Below, piece after piece: positions 24,801 through 39,800 of a DNA stretch of 64,000 nucleotides; the first letter of the stretch is position 1; every line of letters starts with the position of its first letter. The notes beneath the pieces are model-generated. The model did not search any database and was not told the origin of the DNA. It saw only the letters and a program-made list of their open reading frames with translations. The translations under genes and the position numbers were made by a program. Source of the stretch: Eledone cirrhosa (Eukaryota); the NCBI GenBank assembly GCA_964016885.1, contig OZ024748.1, positions 42,780,001-42,844,000 of the forward strand. The letters are read 5' to 3'.

Positions 24801-27800
24801 GATTTCCATGGGTATGTCATTATTTATAAAACAAATTTTGTATTTTATCTGATGAAAGCACACCAAGATTGGCTTGGTCGCCCTTGAAATATATATAATA
24901 AAATAAATATGGTTTTATAAATATAGTTTCCATTTATTAATATCTTGGTATATCTGATCACCTATAGATCGAGGGAACACACAAGCCAGGTAGATTATAT
25001 GCTTACCAGAAGACGTGACAGAGTGTCTGTTGTAAACACTAAATCCCTCTCCCATGAAGAATGCACCTCCCAACATAGACTGATAATTAGCAACCTAATA
25101 GTCAGGACGAGACGTACTAGACAGCAGAAGAGGACTATCCTCAGGAGAAAAATATGGAAGCTAAAGGACCCCACAGCCAGAAATAAATTTAAAAGCATAC
25201 TACTTGATGCTTTCGACAGTAAGGAAGAGCAATTAGAGTCGTACAATATAGAGGAACAGTGCGAATTCCTGAAAGCAAACCTGCTGATGGCGGCAGACGA
25301 AGTCTGTGGCTGGAGCAGGCCTGTAGGCAGGAGGAGAGTAACATGGTGGTGGAACAGTAAGGTGGAGGAGTCAATTAAGGCCAAAAAGCAGGCTTGGAAA
25401 GTATGGCGGGATGGGAGAAGTAGAGAAGACTATCAAGTGGCCAGGAGGGAAGCTAGGAGACAAGTGTACTTCGCAAGAAGGGAAGCAGAGGAAAGAAAGT
25501 TCAAGCATGTTCTACAACGCGAGGACCAAAAACGTGAGGTGTTCAGGATTGCTAGGCAATGTGTCAAAGAAAACCGTGATATTGTCGGGGAGAAGTGTGT
25601 ACTTAATGATGACGGCGTACTTGCCATCACCGACGCTGATAAGAAGGTAGCTTGGAAGTGTCACTACGAAAGGCTACTAAATGAAGAGAATAAATGGGAG
25701 AAAGACAGTCTCCCCCACATCGACCCAATAGAGGGACCAGCAGTGTTAGTCGAGGGTAGTATAATAAGTAAGGCAATCAAAGATATGAAGACGGGTAAGG
25801 CGGCTGGGCCTTCGAAAATAGTTGCTGAGATGCTGAAGGCATCTGGTACGGTGGGACACACCATGGTCACCCGGATAGTTAACCAAGTCGTACAGAATGG
25901 GGTTGTTCCGAAGGACTGGCGTAGCAGCATCATCGTTAACTGTTATAAGGGTAAAGGGGATGCCCTAGATATGAGTAACTAGAGAGGCATTAAATTAATC
26001 GACCAGGTCATGAAGGTCACGGAAAAAGTAATAGCGCAACTAATCAGAGAGAGAATTGATCTAGATGAAATGCAGTTCGGGTTTTTGTCAGGAAAAAGTA
26101 CCACAGACGCTCTTTTCATTGTACGACAACTACAGGAGAAGTACCTAGCTAAAAGTAAACCCCTATACTTAGCTTTTGTCGACTTGGAGAAAGCCTTCGA
26201 CAGAGTCCCCCGTTCCATTATCTGGTGGGCTCTTAGAAAACTAGGTGTTGACGAATGGCTTGTGAGAGCTATACAAGCCATGTATAAAGAAAGAGTCAGC
26301 AAGGTTAGAATTAACAACGAATATAGTGAAGAGTTTAGCGTAAAAGTTGGCGTCCATCAGGGCTCTGTTCTCAGCCCCCTACTATTTATTATTGCCCTTC
26401 AGGCTATAACAGAGGAGTTCAAGACCGGCTGCCCATGGGAACTCCTATACGCAGATGACCTAACACTCATAGCTGAATCAATGGCCGAGCTAGAGAAGAA
26501 ATTCAAAACATGGAAGCACGGCCTAGAATCAAAAGGCCTTAAAATTAACCTGGCTAAGACTAAAGTTCTAGTTTGTAAGAAAGAAAATAAGGCGGCGGTC
26601 CCTTCCGGGAAGTGGCCATGCTCAGTGTGTAGGAAAGGCGTAGGTAGAAACTCCATTTTGTGTCCCAAATGCAAAGTATGGGTGCATAAAAGATGTAGTG
26701 GGATCACAGGTAAGCTAACTAAGAACATAGATTTTACATGTGGCCGGTGCTCTGGTGCAATAAGTAGCAGCAAGTGCCCACAAAATACTAGCTCTTTCAA
26801 CTGCGCAGAGGGTTCTATAGAAATAGTGGTCAGCTTCCGTTACCTGGGTGACAAAATCAGCAGTGGGGGAGGGTGCTCTGAAAGTACAGTAGCTAGAGTC
26901 AGAACTGGATGGAAAAAGTTCAGAGAGTTTATACCACTATTAGCCGCTAAAGGGTTCTCCCTAAAAATGAAAGGCAGGTTGTATGATGCCTGCATATGAA
27001 CAGCAATGTTGCATGGCAGTGAGACCTGGGCATTGTGTGCAGAGGATATACGCAGACTAGAGAGGAACGAAGCTTGCATGCTCCGCTGGATGTGTAATAG
27101 TAATATACGTGAACGGCAAAGCATAAACGAACTAAGGAAAAAATTAGAAATAAGAGGGATCAGATGTTGTCTACTCGAGAGAAGGCTACGTTGGTATGGT
27201 CACGTGATGCGCATGAAAGACGATAGCTGTATAACAAAGTGCAGGGCAATAAAGATAGACGGTAGCCACGGAGTAGGCAGACCCAGAAAAACCTGGGACG
27301 AGCTGATAAATTCCGACCTCACACACTTACACCTCTCCAAGACAATGTCACTGGACCGAGACCTTTGGCGGTACTCAGTAATAGAGAAGACCCGCCTTAC
27401 CTAAATACAAAGTAAAACCTACTACAGTCAGTAGGCATCTCTAACAAAATACACCCCCGTCCCACCACCCCCACTCCATCCACACCGCCCCTTTCAATGT
27501 AAAGTTATGTTGGTGCCACAACATCCAGGCCGAAACAAATGAGATCGTGTAGGTGTCACGACAAAAAAACACACAGTCCACGCTGTAATGTGGCCGTGTA
27601 GGCAACACGGTAAAAACCTCCCAGCCCCACACTGTAAATGTGGTTGGTGTTAGGAAGGGCATCCAACTGTAGAAAACCTGCCAGACAGTCCTATGCGAGC
27701 AAGACAATCACTCTTGCCTCAAGTGGGAAATACCCCCGTCCAAACCCATGCAAGCGTGGAACACGGACGTTAAACGTTGATGATGATGATGATATTTATA

Positions 27801-30800
27801 TAGCAGGAGAGAAATGATAACTAACCTCAGCATTAACAAGAATGCTCTCCACAAGCGCCATGTAGGCTCTCATTTCTGATTGTTGAGAGTCTGATAAATG
27901 ACTGCTGATGTTAAACCCCTGCAACAAATATAAACAGACATGACAGAATTAGTGGTGGTGGCGTTGGTGTTGTGGTGGTTGTAGTATTGGTGTTGTAGTG
28001 GTGGTGGCATTGGTGTTGTGGTGGTGATAGTTGTAGTATTAGTGTTGGAGTTGTAGTAGTGGTGGTGGTGGCGGTGGTTGTAGTAGTATTGGTATTGTAG
28101 TGGTTGTGGTGGTGGTGATAGTTGTAGTAGTAGTGGTGGTAGTGGTGGTGGTTGTAGTATTGGTGTTGTAGAATTGGTATTGTAGTGGTTGGTGTTGTAG
28201 TGGTGGTGGCATTGGTGTTGTAGTGGTGTTGGTGTTGTAGTGGTGGTAGTGTTGTAGTAGTGGTGGTGGTAGTAGTATTGGTGATGTAGTGGTGGGGGCG
28301 TTGATGTTGCAGTGGTGGTGGCGTTGGTGTTGCAGTGGTGGTGGTGGTGGTGTTGTAGTAGTGGTGTTGATGGTGGTAATGGACTCTTAACTACCTACCT
28401 TATAGTAAGTTTATAATAGACATAACCAGTAATATACTGACCTAGCTACCACCCCTTAGAGCAAGTATATAATGGACTCAACCACCAACGAGCAGAGTCA
28501 TTAGAACATCAGATAGAATGCTTTATGGTGTATATTCCGGCTCTCTGCCTTCTCTCAGTTCAAATCCCGATCAACTTCAGATCAACTTCGCCTTTCATCC
28601 ATTTAAGGTCGATAAAACAAAGTACCAGTCAAGTACTGAGGTCAATTCTTCCTATATATCTCTTTCTCATTTCCATTCTCTCACTCACTCTATCTCTCCT
28701 TCTCTGGTAGAAATTTGCTGTGCTCAGACCTGGAGCGGAGCCAGGTGGACTCTGCCGGGTATAAAAATGCCCTAGAAACATCCCATATCAATGTGGCAAC
28801 TCTACAAACATCCTATAACAATGTGGCAACTCTACAAACATCCTATATCAACGTGGCAACTCTACAAACATCCTATAACAATGTGGCAACTCTACAAACA
28901 TCCTATATCAACGTGGCAACTCTACAAACATCCTATAACAACGTGGCAACTCTACAAACATCCCATATCAATGTGGCAACTCTACAAACATCCTATAACA
29001 ATGTGGCAACTCTACAAACATCCTATAACAATGTGGCAACTCTACAAACATCCTATATCAACGTGGCAACTCTACAAACATCCTATAACAATGTGGCAAC
29101 TCTACAAACATCCTATATCAATGTGGCAACTCTACAAGCATCCTATAACAATGTGGCAACTCTACAAACATCCTATATCAATGTAGGAACTCTACAAACA
29201 TCCTATATCAATGTGGCAACTCTACAAACATCCTACATCAACGTGGCAACTCTACAAACATCCTATATCAACGTGGCAACTCTACAAACATCCTATAACA
29301 ATGTGGCAACTCTACAAACATCCTATATCAATGTAGGAACTCTATAAACATCCCATATCAATGTGGCAACTCTACAAACATCCTATATCAACGTGGTAAC
29401 TCTACAAACATCCTATAACAACGTGGCAACTCTACAAACATCCCATATCAATGTGGCAACTCTACAAACATCCTATAACAATGTGGCAAATCTACAAACA
29501 TCCTATATCAACGTGGCAACTCTACAAACATCCTATAACAATGTGGCAACTCTACAAACATCCTATATCAACGTGGCAACTCTACAAACATCCTATAACA
29601 ATGTGGCAACTCTACAAACATCCTATATCAACGTGGCAACTCTACAAACATCCTATAACAATGTGGCAACTCTACAAACATCCTATATCAACGTGGCAAC
29701 TCTACAATCATCCTATATCAATGTGGCAACTCTACAAACATCCTATATCAACGTGGCAACTCTACAAACATCCTATATCAATGTGGCAACTCTAGAAACA
29801 TCCTATATCAATGTGGCAACTCTACAAATATCCTATATCAATGTAGGAACTCTACAAACATCCTATATCAATGTAGGAACTCTACAAACATCCTATATCA
29901 ATGTAGGAACTCTACAAACATCCTATATCAATGTGGCAACTCTAAAAACATCCTATATCAATGTAGGAACTCTACAAATATCCTATATCAATGTAGGAAC
30001 TCTACAAACATCCTATATCAATGTAGGAACTCTACAAACATCCTATATCAATGTGGCAACTCTACAAACATCCTATATCAATGTAGGAACTATACAAATA
30101 TCCTATATCAATGTAGGAACTCTACAAACATCCTATATCAATGTAGGAACTCTACAAACATCCTATATCAATGTGGCAACTCTACAAACATCCTATATCA
30201 ACGTGGCAACTCTACAAACATCCTATATCAATGTGCCAACTCTACAAACACCCTATATCAATGTAGGAACTCTACAAACATCCTATATCAATGTGGCAAC
30301 TCTACAAACATCCTATATCAATGTGGCAACTCTACAAACACCCTATATCAATGTAGCAACTCTACAAACATCCCATATCAATGTGGCAACTCTACAAACA
30401 TCCTATATCAATGTAGGAACTCTACAAATATCCTATATCAATGTGACAACTCTACAAACATCCTATATCAATGTGGCAACTCTACAAATATCCTATATCA
30501 ACGTGGCAACTCTACAAACATCCTATATCAATGTTGCAACTCTACAAACATCCTATATCAATGTGGCAACTCTACAAATATCCTATATCAATGTGACAAC
30601 TCTACAAACATCCTATATCAATGTGGCAACTCTACAAATATCCTATATCAATGTGACAACTCTACAAACATCCTATATCAATGTGGCAACTCTACAAATA
30701 TCCTATATCAATGTGGCAACTCTACAAACATCCTATATCAATGTTGCAACTCTACAAATATCCTATATCAACGTGGCAACTCTACAAATATCCTATATCA

Positions 30801-33800
30801 ACGTGGCAACTCTACAAACATCCTATATCAATGTTGCAACTCTACAAATATCCTATATCAATGTTGCAACTCTACAAACATCCTATATCAATGTGGCAAC
30901 TCTACAAATATCCTATATCAATGTGACAACTCTACAAACATCCTATATCAATGTGGCAACTCTACAAATATCCTATATCAATGTGGCAACTCTACAAACA
31001 TCCTATATCAATGTAGGAACTCTACAAACATCCTATATCAATGTGGCAACTCTACAAATATCCTATATCAACGTGGCAACTCTACAAACATCCTATATCA
31101 ATGTTGCAACTCTACAAATATCCTATATCAACGTGGCAACTCTACAAATATCCTATATCAACGTGGCAACTCTACAAACATCCTATATCAATGTGGCAAC
31201 TCTACAAACATCCTATATCAATGTAGGAACTCTACAAACATCCTATATCAATGTGGCAACTCTACAAACATCCTATATCAATGTAGGAACTCTACAAACA
31301 TCCTATATCAATGTGGCAACTCTACAAACATCCTATATCAATGTGGCAACTCTACAAACATCCTATATCAATGTAGGAACTCTACAAACATCCAATATCA
31401 ATGTGGCAACTCTACAAACATCCTATATCAATGTGGCAACTCTACAAACATCCTATATCGATGTAGCAACTCTACAAATATCCTATATCAATGTGGCAAC
31501 TCTACAAACATCCTATATCAATGTAGGAACTCTACAAACATCCTATATCAATGTAGGAACTCTACAAACATCCTATATCAATGTAGGAACTCTACAAACA
31601 TCCTATATCAATGTAGGAACTCTACAAACATCCTATATCAATGTAGGAACTCTACAAACATCCTATATCAATTTGGCAACTCTACAAACATCCTATATCA
31701 ATGTGGCAACTCTACAAACATCCTATATCAATGTGACAACTCTACAAACACCCCATATCAATGTGGCAACTCTACAAACATCCTATATCAATGTAGGAAC
31801 TCTACAAACATCCTATATCAATGTGGCAACTCTACAAACATCCTATATCAATGTGGCAACTCTACAAACATCCTATATCAATGTAGGAACTCTACAAACA
31901 TCCTATATCAATGTGGCAACTCTACAAACATCCTATATCAATGTGGCAACTCTACAAACATCCTATATCAATGTAGGAACTCTACAAACATCCTATATCA
32001 ATGTGGCAACTCTACAAACATCCTATATCAATGTAGGAACTCTACAAACATCCTATATCAATGTGACAACTCTACAAACATCCTATATCAATGTGGCAAC
32101 TCTACAAACATCCTATATCAACGTGACAACTCTACAAACATCCTATATCAATGTGGCAACTCTACAAACATCCTATATCAATGTGGCAACTCTACAAACA
32201 TCCTATATCAATGTGGCAACTCTACAAACACCCCATATCGATGTGGCAACTCTAAAAACATCCTATATCAATGTGACAACACTACAAACATCCTATATCA
32301 ATGTAGGAACTCTACAAACATCCTATATCAATGTGGCAACTCTACAAACATCCTATATCAATGTGGCAACTCTACAAACATCCTATATCAATGTGACAAC
32401 TCTACAAACATCCTATATCAATGTGACAACTCTACAAACATCCTATATCAATGTGGCAACTCTACAAACATCCTATATCAATGTAGGAACTCTACAAACA
32501 TCCTATATCAATGTGGCAACTCTACAAACATCCTATATCAATGTAGGAACTCTACAAACATCCTATATCAATGTGACAACTCTACAAACATCCTATATCA
32601 ATGTGGCAACTCTACAAACATCCTATATCAATGTAGGAACTCTACAAACATCCTATATCAATGTGACAACTCTACAAACATCCTATATCAATGTGACAAC
32701 TCTACAAACATCCTATATCAATGTGGCAACTCTACAAACATCCTATATCAATGTGGCAACTCTACAAACATCCTATATCAATGTAGGAACTCTACAAACA
32801 TCCTATATCAATGTAGGAACTCTACAAACATCCTATATCAATGTGACAACTCTACAAACATCCTATATCAATGTGACAACTCTACAAACATCCTATATCA
32901 ATGTGGCAACTCTACAAACATCCTATATCAATGTAGGAACTCTACAAACATCCTATATCAATGTGACAACTCTACAAACATCCTATATCAATGTGACAAC
33001 TCTACAAACATCCTATATCAATGTGACAACTCTACAATCCCCCAGGAGTTACTAGGACCATACAACAGAGTTTATTTGACAATGATAGGCTACCTATAAA
33101 TATCATGACACCAATAAGAGAAGTGAATTAGTTAAATACAAACCTTAGTATTGACAAATGCAATAATGGGATCCATTTCAGAGATGAGGAAGGGACCAAC
33201 TTTGATAAACGGTATTTTACCTTTAATAGGAACAAAACAAACATTAATCAAATCTAAATTTCAGAGTTTAACAGATTTCATGTCAATGTAAAGAATATGA
33301 AGAATATAGAACTTTCACAATATCTCTCCCCCTCTCTCCGACAGCAGTGACTCTCTCCCCCTCTCTCCGACAGCAGTGACTCTCTCTCCCTCTCTCTGAC
33401 AGCTGACTTTTTCTTTCTCTCTCTGGCAGCAATCACCCTCTCTCTCTCTCTCTCAAACATCTGACCAACTCAGCTGTGACTGCCCGTCTATCTACCTGTC
33501 TCTCTCTCTCTCTGACCAACTCAGCTGTGACTGACTGTCTATCTACCTGTCTCTCTCTCTCTGACTAACTCAGCTGTGACTGTCTATCTATCTACCTGTC
33601 TCTCTCTCTGACCAACTCAGCTGTGACTGTCTATCTACCTGTCTCTCTCTCTCTGACCAACTCAGCTATGACTGTCTATCTACCTGTTTCTCTCTCTGAC
33701 CAACTCAGCTGTGACTGTCTGTTTATCTACCTGTCTCTCTCTCTCTGACCAACTCAGCTGTGACTGTCTATCTACCTGTCTCTCTCTCTCTGACCAACTC

Positions 33801-36800
33801 AGCTGTGACTGCCTGTCTATCTACCTGTCTCTCTCTCTGACCAACTCAGCTGTGACTGTCTGTCTATCTACCTGTCTCTCTCTCTCTGACCAACTCAGCT
33901 GTGACTGTCAATCTACCTGTCTCTCTCCGTGACCAACTCAGCTGTGACTGTCTACCTCTCTCTCTCTCTCTGACCAACTCAGCTGTGACTGCCTGTCTAT
34001 CTACCTGTCTCTCTCTCTCTGACCAACTCAGCTGTGACTGTCTATCTACCTGTCTCTCTCTCTGACCAACTCAGCTGTGACTGACTGTCTATCTATCGAC
34101 CTGTCTCTCTCTCTGACCAACTCAGCTGTGACTGTCTATCTACCTGTCTCTCTCTCTCTCTGACCAACTCAGCTGTGACTGTCCATCTACCTGTCTCTCT
34201 CTGACCAACTCAGCTGTGACTGTCTGTCTATCTACCTCTCTCTCTCTCTGACCAACTCAGCTGTGACTGTCTATCTACCTGTCTCTCTCTCTCTGACCAA
34301 CTCAGCTGTGACTATCTATCTACCTCTCTCTCTCTCTGACCAACTCAGCTGTGACTGCCTGTCTCTCTCTCTGACCAACTCAGCTGTGACTGTCTATCTA
34401 TCGACCTGTCTCTCTCTCTGACCAACTCAGCTATGACTGTCTATCTACCTGTCTCTCTCTCTGACCAACTCAGTTGTGACTGTCTATCTACCTGTCTCTC
34501 TCTGTGACCAACTCAGCTGTGACTGCCTGTCTATCTATCGACCTGTCTCTCTCTCTGACCAACTCAGCTATGACTGTCTATCTACCTGTCTCTCTCTCTG
34601 ACCAACTCAGTTGTGACTGTCTATCTACCTGTCTCTCTCTCTGACCAACTCAGCTGTGACTGTCTATCTACCTGTCTCTCTCTCTCTGACCAACTCAGCT
34701 GTGACTGTCTATCTATCTACCTGTCTCTCTCTCTCTGACCAACTCAGCTGTGACTGTCTGTCTATCTACCTGTCTCTCTCTCTCTGACCAACTCAGCTGT
34801 GACTGTCTATCTATCTACCTGTCTCTCTCTCTCTGATCAACTCAGCTGTGACTGTCTATCTACCTGTCTCTCTCTCTCTGACCAACTCAGCTGTGACTGC
34901 CTGTCTATCTACCTGTCTCTCTCTCTGACCAACTCAGCTGTGACTGCCCGTCTATCTATCGACCTGTCTCTCTCTCTGACCAACTCAGCTGTGACTGTCT
35001 GTCTATCTACCTGTCTCTCTCTCTCTGACCAACTCAGCTGTGACTGTCTATCTATCTACCTGTCTCTCTCTCTCTGACCAACTCAGCTGTGACTGTCTGT
35101 CTATCTACCTGTCTCTCTCTCTCTCTCTGACCAACTCAGCTGTGACTGTCTATCTACCTGTCTCTCTCTCTGACCAACTCAGCTGTGACTGCCTGTCTAT
35201 CTACCTGTCTCTCTCTCTCTGACCAACTCAGCTGTGACTGTCTGTCTATCTACCTGTCTCTCTCTCTGACCAACTCAGCTGTGACTGTCTATCTACCTGT
35301 CTCTCTCTGACCAACTCAGCTGTGACTGCCTGTCTATCTACCTGTCTCTCTCTCTGACCAACTCAGCTGTGACTGCCTGTCTATCTACCTGTCTCTCTCT
35401 CTCTGACCAACTCAGCTGTGACTGTCTATCTATCGACCTGTCTCTCTCTCTGACCAACTCAGCTATGACTGTCTATCTACCTGTCTCTCTCTCTGACCAA
35501 CTCAGCTGTGACTGTCTATCTACCTGTCTCTCTCTGTGACCAACTCAGCTGTGACTGCCTGTCTATCTATCGACCTGTCTCTCTCTCTGACCAACTCAGC
35601 TGTGACTGTCTATCTACCTGTCTCTCTCTCTCTGACCAACTCAGCTGTGACTGTCTGTCTATCTACCTGTCTCTCTCTCTCTGACCAACTCAGCTGTGAC
35701 TGTCTATCTATCTACCTGTCTCTCTCTCTCTGATCAACTCAGCTGTGACTGTCTATCTACCTGTCTCTCTCTCTCTGACCAACTCAGCTGTGACTGCCTA
35801 TCTATCTACCTGTCTCTCTCTCTGACCAACTCAGCTGTGACTGCCCGTCTATCTATCGACCTGTCTCTCTCTCTGACCAACTCAGCTGTGACTGTCTGTC
35901 TATCTACCTGTCTCTCTCTCTCTGACCAACTCAGCTGTGACTGTCTATCTATCTACCTGTCTCTCTCTCTCTGACCAACTCAGCTGTGACTGTCTGTCTA
36001 TCTACCTGTCTCTCTCTCTCTCTCTGACCAACTCAGCTGTGACTGTCTATCTACCTGTCTCTCTCTCTGACCAACTCAGCTGTGACTGCCTGTCTATCTA
36101 CCTGTCTCTCTCTCTCTGACCAACTCAGCTGTGACTGTCTGTCTATCTACCTGTCTCTCTCTCTGACCAACTCAGCTGTGACTGTCTATCTACCTGTCTC
36201 TCTCTGACCAACTCAGCTGTGACTGCCTGTCTATCTACCTGTCTCTCTCTCTGACCAACTCAGCTGTGACTGCCTGTCTATCTACCTGTCTCTCTCTCTC
36301 TGACCAACTCAGCTGTGACTGCCTGTCTATCTACCTGTCTCTCTCTCTGACCAACTCAGCTGTGACTGTCTATCTATCTACCTGTCTCTCACTCTCTGAC
36401 CAACTCAGCTGTGACTGCCTGTCTATCTACCTGTCTCTCTCTCTGACCAACTCAGCTGTGACTGTCTATCTATCTACCTGTCTCTCTCTCTCTGACCAAC
36501 TCAGCTGTGACTGCCTGTCTATCTACCTGTCTCTCTCTCTGACCAACTCAGCTGTGACTGTCTATCTATCTACCTGTCTCTCTCTCTGACCAACTCAGCT
36601 GTGACTGTCTATCTATCTACCTGTCTCTCTCTCTGACCAACTCAGCTGTGACTGTCTATCTACCTGTCTCTCTCTCTCTCTCTGACCAACTCAGCTGTGA
36701 CTGTCTATCTACCTGTCTCTGTCTCTGACCAACTCAGCTGTGACTGTCTGTCTATCTACCTGTCTCTCTCTCTCTGACCAACTCAGCTGTGACTGCCTAT

Positions 36801-39800
36801 CTATCTACCTGTCTCTCTCTCTCTGACCAACTCAGCTGTGACTGTCTATCTACCTGTCTCTCTCTCTCTGACCAACTCAGCTGTGACTGTCTATCTATCT
36901 ACCTCTCTCTCTACCTATCTCTCACTCACCTGAAGGCGACATCTCCTCAGCATTAACACGTAGTTCTAGGTTGAAGTTTAAGCCAGACATTTTAAGAAAT
37001 GTCTTCACACTTAAACAGTTGGCTGAGTCCGTCAACAATATCTGCTCCTCTGGAACAGAAATAAATCATTATTGTCCATATTTCAACAGAAAATATTTAC
37101 TTTTAAAACCATATATTATTTTTATTATCAATTTAAATAAAAATAATCTGAAACATCAAACAAAAGAACAAAACAGTTCAGGAGGTGAAAACATATTTAA
37201 TATTCAACCCTTTCAATACCAAACCACCCGAAACCACTACTGGTTCTGTTACAACATTCTTTATTTTGAAGTGTTTATATTTACCTAGAACCTTCCATCA
37301 TAAATTCATCAAAGTCAGGTGCTGATAGTTTTAACTCTTTCAATAAAATACATTCCATTTTAATTAATTATTGCTAAATTTTGAGTTATTGACTGAAATT
37401 TATTAATTGTTCATTCAGATAGTATTAATGCCCTAAGGCTGGAAGATTTTAATTTGAATATCATCATCATCGTTTAACATTCATTTTTCTACACTAGCAT
37501 GGGTTAAACGAGTTGTTCCATTTGAGACAAGTCAGATCAGATGACCATGTCTTGATCATACAGAACTATTTCTGGCTTGGTTTCTACAACTGGATGCCGT
37601 TCCTAACACCAACCACATTGACAGTGTGGAACCCATTAGAATTGATGGTTTTATTTCCCTGAAACAGAGCTGGTTTTGGAGTCAGGTTAGTATCAAAAGA
37701 ATTACTATAAATAAAAGGCTCCCAGTCCACACTGTAAGTGTGGTTGGTGTTAGTCATAGAAAACCTGCCAGGGATAGTTCTGTACGAGCAAGACACGGTC
37801 TCCCAACCAATCCCGCCTCAAGTGGAACAAAACCGTCCAACTCATGCTAGCGTGGAAGATGGACATTAAACGATGATGATGATGATTAAAATGAGAAAAC
37901 TCATCGCTAGAACAGCTGTTAAAACAGCTAAATGTTGTCAAAGACATCAATGGGTAGAATACCTGAGAAGACAACATTGTTTTAAACAATTACTATTGTT
38001 ATTGGTAAACAAACAGTGACTTACTTTCATAAGGTTGGTAAAGGGCTGCATCATCAGGCCACGGCACTGAAGCTGAGAGAAAGTAAAATAAAGGTTGGCT
38101 AACTACATTATATCAAACATATTGTATAGTATGATGATGATGTTATTTCAGACATATTCTATATGTTGATGATGATGATGTTATTTCAAACATTGTATAA
38201 TATGATGTTGTTGATGATGATGTTTCAAATATATTGTATATGTTGTTGTTGATGATGATGATATATCAAACATATTATATAGTATGTTGTTGTTGTTGAT
38301 GGTGTTGTTGTTTCAAATATATTGTATAGTATGGTGTTATTGATGATGATGATGATATTTCATATATATTGTATAATTGTTTCTACTTTTGGCACAAGGC
38401 CAGCAATTACCTCAGTACATTACTGGTACTTTATTTTATCGACCCCATAAGGATGAGAAAGGCAAAGTTAACCCCAGCAGGATTTGAACTCAGCTCCCGC
38501 CGAGGTTAACTTTGCCTTTATTGTATAATATGATGTTGTTATTGTTTCAAACATATTGTATATTATGATGATGATAATTGTTTCTACTTTTGGCACAAGG
38601 CCAGCAATTACCCAGTGCATTACTGGTACTTTATTTTATCGACCCCCGCAAGGATGAAAGGCAAAGTTAACCTCGGCGGGATTTGAACTCAGAATGGCGA
38701 GGGCCGTAATTCTATGCGTCAAAGCATTATGTCCTCCTGATACTGCCAAAGATGTTTCAAGAATACTTTATAGTATGTTGTTACATGGCTGAATTGAATA
38801 AGATTAGAAACACCGCTTTGTACATCAAAGAGAGATAACTCTGCTTAAATTTACAATTTTTTTTAAAATGTAACATTAAGCTTCTAACAATATAAAATTG
38901 TTTGAGATGAGAACTGGAATTATAAGTGTTAGATTTATCAAGATATAAATATATATCAACATTGGCTTTGCAATCGAAAGGTTGTGAGTTCAATTCTCAG
39001 ACCGGGTGATGTGTTGTTTCCTTGAGCAAGACACTTTATTTCACATTGCTCCAGTTTACTCAGCTGTAGAAATGAGATGATAGGACTGGGGCCCATATCA
39101 TTCCACTGCAAAGTGGTCGTGGAAGTGCCACGGCAAAAAAAAAAAAAAAAGCCCCCAGCCCACACTATAAAGTGGACGTGTAGTCGCCACGGAAAAAAAG
39201 CACCCAGCACTCACTGTAAATGAGGTTAGTGTTAGGGAGTGCATCCAGCTGTAGAACTCAAGGCAGAATCAGTTCCCGTCCCACCCTTGCAAGCAGGGAA
39301 AAGCGGACGTAAAATGATGATGATGAATTTACGTCCGCTTTTCCCCGTTTGCACACACACACATATATATATATAAAAGAAAAAAACAAAACAGTCTACG
39401 CTGTAATGTGGTCGTGTAGGTAACACGGTAAAAAGCTCCCAGTCCACACTGTAAATGTGGTTGGTGTTAGGAAGGGCATCCAACCGTAGAAAACCTGCCA
39501 GACAGTCCTATACGAGCGAGACACGGTCACCTGATCAATCTTACCTCAAATGGGACAATTCCTGTCTAACCCAAGCTATCGTGGAAGATAGACGTTAAAT
39601 GATGGTGAGTGTGTGTGTGTGTGTGTATATAGCTGGTGCCTCCGGTCGGTTTTCTTGGTTTCGCATTTTATAACTGGTGTTAACTCTGGACTTAATGTTT
39701 GTTTTTAAATTTCAATCCATTCACCAACCACTTGACAGCGTGTACCAGCCATAGAAACCTTGACAAGGGGTTGGAAGGACTCTTTAGTTGTGTCAAGGAC

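Noticed and set aside
28715-33055. 1230-aa [10 protein letters not shown] repeat protein
   Set aside because: Intronic satellite antisense to MTX2, interrupted by a stop, with no unique domains
33461-36905. CRISPR-like constant repeat with variable spacers
   Set aside because: The spacers are microsatellite length variants, not unique sequences; eukaryotic intron; no cas genes
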